Part shown: positions 9,818-16,901 of the stretch, one piece after another | Numbering within the stretch: the stretch's first letter is position 1 | Layout: the number at the start of each line of letters is the position of its first letter | NCBI GenBank assembly: GCA_020056715.1 | Contig: JAGVHG010000040.1 | Location: 75,920-139,919, forward strand | Direction of reading: 5' to 3' | DNA: 64,000 nt | From: Phycisphaerae bacterium | GTDB taxonomy: Bacteria > Planctomycetota > Phycisphaerae > UBA1845 | Notes under the pieces: model-generated | The model's input: only the letters and a program-made list of their open reading frames with translations | What the model was told of the DNA's origin: nothing | Database searches by the model: none | Position numbers and translations under genes: made by a program

Positions 9818-11962
9818 TTGATGGACCCACACATAGTCTCGCCTGACGACAGCCAAAGGGCGCCCCCGGCCCGGTTCCGGTCACGCGAGTTCTGGCGCCT
9901 CGTCGCCCTCACCAGACCCTACCGGTGGTCCTTGATCGCGGGCCTCGTCGCAACGATCGCCTTCGCGGGCCTGCACACCGTGGGAATCAGCGGCGCCTTC
10001 CCTGTTTTTCAGGTCTTATTGGAAAAAGAAGACCTGCACGGCTGGCTCAACCGCGCCATTGCGGCTCATCGTCTCGATGTCGACTTCGCGCCTGTTACCG
10101 ATGCCGACTTCGTTCGTTTCCTGAAGATACCCCATGACAGCCCCTTGCTTGTCGCCGGTGTTCGAGCGGGTGACGATCTCCGCGATGCCCGAGACCGCCC
10201 GGTCCAGGAGTTGTTGCGAGAACTTGCCGAGGTTGACGCGGAGACGCCGGTCAACGTACTTGTCGGTGGAGCGTCTGCGCTGCGCGCCGTGGAGCTTCGG
10301 CCTCGCCCGGCGGAGCTTCATTTTCGGCTACTTCGCTGGGTCGGATCGGCGCTTCCGCCCGACGCTCCGGACACCAAGCTCCGCACCCTGATCTACATCC
10401 TCATGGCCCTGGTTACCGTGGCCGTTGCCTCCAACATCTTCCGTTATGTGGGCGAGACGCTCATCGCCAGAGCGATTTTGCGTACCCTGTTCGACCTCCG
10501 CGATAGGCTCTACGTACGCACGTTGCACTTACCGATGTCCTATTTCTCCGGGGCTAAGACCGCGGACTTGGTGACGCGCTTCGTACAGGACATCCAGGAA
10601 ATCCAGCGCGGTTTAATCACCCTTTTCGGCAAGGCCGTGAGGGAACCGATGAGGGGGGTGTTTCTGATTGCCCTCGCTTTCACCCTCGATTGGCGAGTCA
10701 CCCTGACGATGGCCGGCGTTGTCCCACTGGCCGTCATTCTGTTCTGGGCCGTCGGTCGAAGCGTGAAGAACGCCAACCGAAAGCTCTTGCAAGCCTACGG
10801 GGCCATGATCGGGGCGCTGACCGCGAGTCTGCAAAGTCTTCGCGTGGTTAAGACCTACACCGCCGAGGAGCACGAACGCGCCCGGCTGGACGTCGTCGAT
10901 CGAAGAATGTTCGAGCAACAACTGCACCTCGCCAAGCTGGACGCCTTCCTAAGCCCCATGATGGAGACGATCGCCGTCCTGACGGGCAGTTTGCTGACCG
11001 TCTGGCTGGCGAGCCTGGTCCTTGACCATGCCCTTTCCACTGCGAAGTTCGCCGCCCTCGGTGTGACGCTTTCCATGCTCTTCGATCCGCTTCGCAAGTT
11101 GACCGACGTGTATGTCCGCATTCAGCGCTCCACCGCGGGCGCGGAACGTATTTTCCAGGTTCTTGACCATCCCGTGGAATCCGATCTCGCCCCCGGAGAC
11201 GTCGACGTGGCCCCGCTTGAGAAAGGGCTCGACTTCCTCAACGTCTCCTTCACTTATCCCGGCGCCACGGCGCCGGCGCTTAGCGACGTGACGCTCTCCA
11301 TCCGCCGCGGCGAGACGGTTGCCATCGTCGGCCCTAACGGCTGCGGCAAGACGACGCTGGTGAGCCTCCTTCCGCGACTGTTCGATCCGGAAAAAGGCGA
11401 AGTGCGTTACGACGGCGTCGATATCCGCCGGGCGACGCTAAACAGCCTCCGCCGACAGATCGGTTTTGTGGGTCAGGATGCGGTGATTTTCGAGGGCACG
11501 CCGGTGGAGAACATCGCTTATGGCGCCTCGCCGGTCGATCGAGGCCGCGCGGAAGACGCCGCCCGCCGGGCCTACGCCGATGAGTTCATCCGCAACATCC
11601 CAGGCGGATATGAGGCCGTCCTCGGCGAACGCGGCTCGACGCTCTCCGGCGGCCAGCGGCAACGGCTCGCCATCGCCCGTGCCATTTACCGCGACGCACC
11701 GATCCTCATCTTTGACGAGGCCACCAGTCAGATTGACACCGAGTCCGAGCAGAAGATCCAAACCGCCCTGCGCGAATTCGCCAAGGGCCGCACCACCATC
11801 ATCATCGCCCACCGCCTCAGCACCATCCAATTCGCCGATCGCATCATCGTCATGGACGCCGGGCGGATCATCGACTCCAGCTCGCATAAGGAACTGTTCG
11901 ACCGCTGCCCGCTCTATCGCACGCTCTGCGAAACGCAGTTTGTAAACGAGCGTGGAGACTAA
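9818..11962 (+). CDS. ABC exporter, fused permease/ATPase (MsbA-like) with enlarged first periplasmic loop
   Basis: Six-helix exporter TMD. Walker A GPNGCGKTT, signature LSGGQRQR, Walker B ILIFDEATS. A segment of about 125 aa lies between TM1 and TM2. Confidence 0.85.
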   Translation: MMDPHIVSPDDSQRAPPARFRSREFWRLVALTRPYRWSLIAGLVATIAFAGLHTVGISGAFPVFQVLLEKEDLHGWLNRAIAAHRLDVDFAPVTDADFVRFLKIPHDSPLLVAGVRAGDDLRDARDRPVQELLRELAEVDAETPVNVLVGGASALRAVELRPRPAELHFRLLRWVGSALPPDAPDTKLRTLIYILMALVTVAVASNIFRYVGETLIARAILRTLFDLRDRLYVRTLHLPMSYFSGAKTADLVTRFVQDIQEIQRGLITLFGKAVREPMRGVFLIALAFTLDWRVTLTMAGVVPLAVILFWAVGRSVKNANRKLLQAYGAMIGALTASLQSLRVVKTYTAEEHERARLDVVDRRMFEQQLHLAKLDAFLSPMMETIAVLTGSLLTVWLASLVLDHALSTAKFAALGVTLSMLFDPLRKLTDVYVRIQRSTAGAERIFQVLDHPVESDLAPGDVDVAPLEKGLDFLNVSFTYPGATAPALSDVTLSIRRGETVAIVGPNGCGKTTLVSLLPRLFDPEKGEVRYDGVDIRRATLNSLRRQIGFVGQDAVIFEGTPVENIAYGASPVDRGRAEDAARRAYADEFIRNIPGGYEAVLGERGSTLSGGQRQRLAIARAIYRDAPILIFDEATSQIDTESEQKIQTALREFAKGRTTIIIAHRLSTIQFADRIIVMDAGRIIDSSSHKELFDRCPLYRTLCETQFVNERGD

Positions 11963-11971
11963 CGGGCGAAA

Positions 11972-12028
11972 TCAGAGCATCGGGCGCAAGCCCGATGTCA
12001 AAACGTGTCCGTAGGCTGGCGCCTACGG
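11972..12028. repeat. two-hairpin intergenic element, copy A (TCAGAGC + ATCGGGC-GCAA-GCCCGAT + CCGTAGGC-TGGC-GCCTACGG)
   Basis: Starts 10 nt after the ABC exporter stop, between convergent genes. A second copy with compensatory stem changes lies at 55714-55770. Confidence 0.7.
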
Positions 12029-12694
12029 CTCAGACGATATCCCCTTGAATCGCGTGCGATCCTTGCCGCATTCGGGACAAACGCCCGAGACATTTCCGGT
12101 CAGGCTGTAGCCGCAGCCGACGCATAAGCCACGACGCCGCCGACGCCAACGACGGCAGGGCCCACCCACAAAAGCGGCAGACGGTGCGAGCCCAGTCACG
12201 ACGGAAAGAAACCAAAGCGGTGCCGCAGTGTTATACACCATTGAGTCCCCCAGAAGACGTCGTGTCATGGTCCCTTTCCGTTCTTCATCGGTCGGAGAAC
12301 GCCCACAGTAGGAGATTAAATGGCCTCTGTTGTATCTCTCGAACCGAAACCCTCCCATCGCGAAATGTCTTAACGTAGGTATCGAGTGCCCAACGAATAA
12401 TGGGGTTACAAAGGCAATCATGAGATCGCCTCTTGCGATCCCGATGAATATCCGGCGATCGGCGAGGAGATTGTAACGACGTGCGATAGCCGGACCGGTC
12501 GTGCAACTCGGTGGCGCTGCCGCCAGCCGCCATATAAGGAAAGCATCATCGGCACCGCACGATTTTGGAAAGCGCCATTCCCTTAGTATCTTGGCGTACG
12601 ACAAAGGGATCAACATCAAAAGCAACAGCGACAGACATGCAAGACATTTGTGTAAGGCAATGCGAATCATGTTCACATTTCCGCTAACGACCAT
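12023..12694 (-). CDS. hypothetical membrane protein with C-terminal CxxC..CxxC zinc-ribbon
   Basis: TM segments (LACLSLLLLMLIPL, LWFLSVVTGLAPSAAFV) and the C-terminal motif RRRRRGLCVGCGYSLTGNVSGVCPECG. The region looks AT-richer than its flanks by eye. The start is uncertain. Confidence 0.4.
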   Translation of the reverse strand: MVVSGNVNMIRIALHKCLACLSLLLLMLIPLSYAKILREWRFPKSCGADDAFLIWRLAAAPPSCTTGPAIARRYNLLADRRIFIGIARGDLMIAFVTPLFVGHSIPTLRHFAMGGFRFERYNRGHLISYCGRSPTDEERKGTMTRRLLGDSMVYNTAAPLWFLSVVTGLAPSAAFVGGPCRRWRRRRRGLCVGCGYSLTGNVSGVCPECGKDRTRFKGISSEP

Positions 12695-12736
12695 GCAATT
12701 ATACCGCGGGGCTAGCAGTGGGATGCAGTGGGGGGC

Positions 12737-13609
12737 CTACGCTCGCGCCTGTGCGTAGCCAATGAGTTTGTAGGCCAGTCTCGCGGCGAGGAACTCCGTG
12801 ACCGCTTGGCCGGGGATGGGCATGACCTCGGTGATGTCCGCACCGACGACGGTCTTCTCCGCCGCGACGAGCCGCAACAGGCCGGTGATTTGGTACCAAT
12901 CGAGGCCGCCGGGTTCGGGCGTGCCCGTACCCGGAGCGAACGACGGATCGAACCCGTCGATGTCGATCGTGACATAGACGGTGTCTCCCAGGGCGTTGAG
13001 CACCCGGTCCACCCAATCATCGTCCGTGTGGCACTGCCGGGCGGTGATCGGTTCGATCTTGCGGCGTTTGAGAAAGCGGTGTTCTTCGAGCGAAATGTTG
13101 CGAATACCGACGGGAACGACCGTCGCGCCGAGGTCCACGATGCGACGCATGACGCAGGCGTGGGAGTGATTGGCCCCTTCCCAGGAGTCGCGAAGGTCGA
13201 GGTGGGCGTCGATCTGCAGGACCGACAGGTTCTTGTGCTTGGTCATTACGGCACGGACCAGGCCGGAGGTAATGCTATGCTCGCCACCCAGTCCGAATAA
13301 GAATTTCCCGTCCCTAACCACGCGCTTTGCGGTCTGGAAGATGTCTTTGTGCATTGCCTCAGGGCCGGACATGTTGGGCACAAGCGGATCGAGGGTGGCC
13401 ACGCCGGCCTTGTGGCACTCCGCCTCCAGCTCTTCATCGAACAGCTCGACCTGCTGTGACGCGCGAATGATCGCCGCCGGACCCTCACGGGTTCCCGTCT
13501 GGAAGCTCGTTGTCGAATCGTAAGGAATGGGCAGAACCGCGAAGCGCGAGCGGGCGTAGTCGCTGTATCTAGCGGGAAGGCCGAGGAAATTATTCGGTTG
13601 CGATGTCAT
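12737..13609 (-). CDS. speB: agmatinase (arginase fold)
   Basis: Mn-ligand motifs GGEHS, DAHLDLRD and DIDGFDPSFAPGTGTPEPGG. ATG at 13609 (MTSQPNNF) is preferred, because the ORF-track extension runs through an upstream hairpin. Confidence 0.85.
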   Translation of the reverse strand: MTSQPNNFLGLPARYSDYARSRFAVLPIPYDSTTSFQTGTREGPAAIIRASQQVELFDEELEAECHKAGVATLDPLVPNMSGPEAMHKDIFQTAKRVVRDGKFLFGLGGEHSITSGLVRAVMTKHKNLSVLQIDAHLDLRDSWEGANHSHACVMRRIVDLGATVVPVGIRNISLEEHRFLKRRKIEPITARQCHTDDDWVDRVLNALGDTVYVTIDIDGFDPSFAPGTGTPEPGGLDWYQITGLLRLVAAEKTVVGADITEVMPIPGQAVTEFLAARLAYKLIGYAQARA

Positions 13610-13627
13610 GGGAGGAGCGGAAGGGGA

Positions 13628-13648
13628 CCACTGCTGACACAGCAGTGG
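13628..13648. repeat. intercistronic hairpin CCACTGCTG-ACA-CAGCAGTGG
   Basis: Perfect 9-bp stem about 20 nt upstream of the speB start. Near-identical hairpins lie at 46011-46028 and, more diverged, at 23709-23730. Confidence 0.6.
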
Positions 13649-13687
13649 CACACTGCCGGAAAATAATTACAAATTACGAAGCGCCTA

Positions 13688-14809
13688 TCATCCGTTTCGC
13701 TTTCGACTTTCGTTCGCCGCCTTCCGCAAGCCCTCCGTCATCTCCTCCAAGCACGTGAACAACCGCCGGTGGCGGCGTGTCTTGGATCGCACGAGGACGT
13801 ACTGGGCGATCAACGGAAAGGTGATCGAGGCACACGAATACACCACGACGTTGTTGACGTACGCATCCTTGATCTTTCCCCAGCTTCGGGCCTCGCTCGG
13901 CGTCGCTCCGGACAATCCACCCCAGTGCGGGGCGTCGGTGGTCAGTTGCAGGAAGTAGTCGTGCCCGCCCTTGGAGCGATCCATCAGTATCTGGTGGAGC
14001 GTGGGTTGAGTCTGCAAATAGAAATTCTTGGGTGATCCGCCGCCGATCTCGACCACGCCGTTGATGTCCGCGTCGCGGACAATGGCCGCTGTCTCGATGA
14101 CATCGAGCACCGGGTTGAGCATCACCGGCTTGTCGAAAAGATGCGGCACGATGAGGTTCATGCCGATCGACGAATCCCCCGGCGAGGAGGTGTAAATGGG
14201 CACGTCGAACTTGGCCGCCGCGGCCACCATCGACTTTTCCGGGTGCGGCGATTTCTCCCACAACATCTTTCCCATGTGATGGTGCAACCGGGCGGTCGAG
14301 AACGGCTTAGTGAGATCGAACCCCTGGATCAGTTCGAGCACTTTGTTGTCCGTGGCCATTAGCGTGTCTTCTTCGCCGATGAAAACATCAAAAATGCGGG
14401 CGACGCCTTCGTCGGCTAGGGCGTTGTCATCGACGTTGGCGCTGCCCTGCACCATGGGGAAGGCGTAGGCCAAGTGCAGGTCGTGGTACAGGTTGGCGCC
14501 CGTGGAGATGATGAAGTCCACGAACCCACGCTCGATCAGAGAACAGATGACCCCGCCGATTCCGATGGGCGTCATCGCCCCGGCGACGGTCAGGGCGACG
14601 GTGGCGTCGGCTTCGAGCATCCGCGCGTAGAGCTTGGCCCCTTCTGCCAGCTTGCGGCCGTTGAACCCGCTATGGGAGAAGCAATTGTCGATCAGGTCCG
14701 CGACGTTCTCGTTGCCGACAAGCCGCAACGGCTCGATCGCCGGAGCGTTGAGCAAGGCCGCGTGACCGGCGTGCTTGGCGTCTTTTTCACTATGTTGGCA
14801 AGGATGCAT
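13688..14809 (-). CDS. deoxyhypusine synthase-like protein (candidate homospermidine synthase)
   Basis: Full-length DHS-family similarity, e.g. GGGSPKNF and TTDAPHWGGLSGATPSEARSWGKI. Located between pdaD and speB. Confidence 0.8.
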   Translation of the reverse strand: MHPCQHSEKDAKHAGHAALLNAPAIEPLRLVGNENVADLIDNCFSHSGFNGRKLAEGAKLYARMLEADATVALTVAGAMTPIGIGGVICSLIERGFVDFIISTGANLYHDLHLAYAFPMVQGSANVDDNALADEGVARIFDVFIGEEDTLMATDNKVLELIQGFDLTKPFSTARLHHHMGKMLWEKSPHPEKSMVAAAAKFDVPIYTSSPGDSSIGMNLIVPHLFDKPVMLNPVLDVIETAAIVRDADINGVVEIGGGSPKNFYLQTQPTLHQILMDRSKGGHDYFLQLTTDAPHWGGLSGATPSEARSWGKIKDAYVNNVVVYSCASITFPLIAQYVLVRSKTRRHRRLFTCLEEMTEGLRKAANESRKRNG

Positions 14810-14892
14810 AACGTCAAACGCCGAAACGCCGAAACGCCGAAACCCATAAGTCTTCAGTCCGCATCATTTCGGCGTTTCGACTTTTCGGCGTT
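14810..14892. repeat. inverted octamer arrays (AACGCCGA x3 ... TCGGCGTT/TCGACTTT x3)
   Basis: Period-8 tandem units at 14817-14840 and their reverse complements at 14869-14892, separated by a spacer of about 23-28 nt. Together they fill the pdaD-DHS intercistronic gap. Confidence 0.7.
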
Positions 14893-14894
14893 TT

Positions 14895-15452
14895 TCAGTA
14901 TGGGATCAACACCGCCGCCGCTACGCACGTGGTCCACAGCCCGTTCTTGTCGCCCTCGATCGTTTGCACGACGGCCTTGGTTTTGACGACCAACCCTTGG
15001 GCTTTGTAGATGTTCTTTCGCTCGTTGTAGTCGGCGCTGGGGTCGAGGTCGATTCCCTGGGTCGTGGCCAGCATGGTGGCGGCCATGTCCTCGACATAGT
15101 CGCTGCACGCTTTTTGGGTCAAGCCGAAGCCGTGATGCTCGGAGATGTAGCCGTGTTGTTCCTTGTTGGCGGGCAAGGCCAACCCGATGCCCGCGCACGC
15201 CAGCCGGTTCGGCTCGTTGGTCCGGCACTCCGCCAGCACGCAGAAAACGATCTCGCCGGCGGCCAACTTAGCCAGCCCCTTCGCCCGTGTTGCGATCCGA
15301 CAATGCGGCGGATAGATGCTGCTTACGCGGACAAGGTTAAAACCGGCGATGCCGGCGTCGCGCAAGGCCTCTTCAAATGATTGAAGGTTGTTCCGGTGCT
15401 TGCCGGTCCCCTTCGTGAAGAACATCTCCTTGGGAACAAGATGCTCATACAA
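14895..15452 (-). CDS. pdaD: pyruvoyl-dependent arginine decarboxylase
   Basis: PdaD family-wide similarity, including FFTKGTGKH and the self-cleavage region LVRVSSIYPP. Confidence 0.85.
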   Translation of the reverse strand: MYEHLVPKEMFFTKGTGKHRNNLQSFEEALRDAGIAGFNLVRVSSIYPPHCRIATRAKGLAKLAAGEIVFCVLAECRTNEPNRLACAGIGLALPANKEQHGYISEHHGFGLTQKACSDYVEDMAATMLATTQGIDLDPSADYNERKNIYKAQGLVVKTKAVVQTIEGDKNGLWTTCVAAAVLIPY

Positions 15453-15543
15453 TGCCGGACCTCCCCGCTAAAGACCATGCCATCCGTAAACCAGCGGCGG
15501 ATTGTAGCAAATACACCGGGACCGGCAAGCCCGTTTCCTAGCC

Positions 15544-16698
15544 CTAGGGTTGGGCGAGTTCCCGGGCGATGACGATCCGTTGGATCTCGCTGGTGCCCTC
15601 GTAGATCGAGGTGATCCGGGCGTCGCGGTAGAGTTGTTCGACGCGACATTCACGGACGTAGCCCGCTCCACCGTGGACCTGGACGGCCCGGTAGGCGATG
15701 CGGTTGGCGGCCTCGGAGGCGTACAGCTTGGCCATGGAGCTTGCGCTGCGGTTTGTTTCGCCCGCGTCGACCGCGCAAGCCGCCCGCCAGACCAAGGCTT
15801 TGGCCGCTTCCAGCTCCACCGCACTGTCCGCGATCATCTCACCGATGGCCTGAAACGAACCGATCGGCCGACCGAATTGCTCCCGCTGCCGCGCATAAGC
15901 GACCATCTCGGTGAGACACGCCTTTCCGATCCCCGTCGCTTGTGCCGCGATGCCGATTCGCCCCTGGTTGAGGCTGGCGAGGCACGTTTCCAAACCTTTG
16001 CCCAGCTCACCGACGAGATGGTCGACGGGTACGAACACATCGCTGAAGTGGACAACCGCGGTTTCGCTGCCGCGGATACCCATCTTACCGTGAATCTTCG
16101 TCCGGGTGATGCCCGGCAGGCGGGCGTCGATCATGAGCGTGCAGTAGTTCTTGTCCAGCGGCAGGCCGGCGAGTCGGACAAGCGTAAACAGCCACCCCGC
16201 GCTTAGCCCGTTGGTAACCCACATCTTCTCGCCGTTGATTCTAAAGCCGCCTTCTACCTCGACCGCAGTCGTTTTGACGCTGGAAGCGTCGCTGCCCGCG
16301 CCGGCTTCGGAAATGGCAAAGGCCGCAAAGCTTCTCGGATCGCCCCATGCGGAGAGCCATCGGCTTCGCAGCGGCTCACCAACGAATCGGGCGACGATTC
16401 CTCCGACCAGGCTGTGAACCGCCAAGGTTACGCCCACCGAGGGCGACCAGACCGACAGCTCATAGATGATCGCGGCGAAGGTCCGGTACGGACAACCCAC
16501 TCCGCCCAACTCCTCGGGCACTAGTAAGTTGAGGAACCCCATTTCAGACAACTTCGGTAGGATCGCGGCCACGGAGGACTCATCCACGTCGCACGCCCGG
16601 TCGAGTGGAAGAAGCTCGGTGCGGGCGAATTCGCTCGCGGTGTGAAGGATCAGAGCTTGGTCTTCACTGAAGATGAAATCGGTTGGGGCAAGCGGCAT
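15544..16698 (-). CDS. acyl-CoA dehydrogenase
   Basis: Typical ACAD length, with motifs EAGAGSD, GEKMWVTNG and the C-terminal YEGTSEIQR. Confidence 0.9.
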   Translation of the reverse strand: MPLAPTDFIFSEDQALILHTASEFARTELLPLDRACDVDESSVAAILPKLSEMGFLNLLVPEELGGVGCPYRTFAAIIYELSVWSPSVGVTLAVHSLVGGIVARFVGEPLRSRWLSAWGDPRSFAAFAISEAGAGSDASSVKTTAVEVEGGFRINGEKMWVTNGLSAGWLFTLVRLAGLPLDKNYCTLMIDARLPGITRTKIHGKMGIRGSETAVVHFSDVFVPVDHLVGELGKGLETCLASLNQGRIGIAAQATGIGKACLTEMVAYARQREQFGRPIGSFQAIGEMIADSAVELEAAKALVWRAACAVDAGETNRSASSMAKLYASEAANRIAYRAVQVHGGAGYVRECRVEQLYRDARITSIYEGTSEIQRIVIARELAQP

Positions 16699-16752
16699 CG
16701 AAGCCGTGAGTATAGGGACTCAATCGGTTCAGTACAACGCAGAGAGGAACAG

Positions 16753-16854
16753 GCTGTAGACCGTAGACTTCAGGCTATAGGCTCTGGGATCGGGATTACC
16801 TGCGGACTACAGCCTTCAGCCTGGAGCCTACCCGTTAGGACGCGTCGGTTGCGT
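16753..16854. repeat. inverted heptamer arrays (GCTGTAG-type x5 / CTACAGC-type x4) plus GGAC-N-CGTCGGTTGCGT motif
   Basis: Left array: GCTGTAG ACCGTAG ACTTCAG GCTATAG GCTCTGG (16753-16787). A 19-nt spacer follows. Right array: CTACAGC CTTCAGC CTGGAGC CTACCCG (16807-16834). CGTCGGTTGCGT lies at 16843-16854. Confidence 0.7.
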
Positions 16855-16901
16855 AGGGCAGCGTCCCCAGGAATACGATCTGGCCCGTTACGTGCGGGGG
16901 T

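Noticed and set aside
8762-9856. 364-aa ORF on the minus strand
   Set aside because: It is antisense to the GT4 glycosyltransferase gene and has an Arg-rich, low-information sequence.
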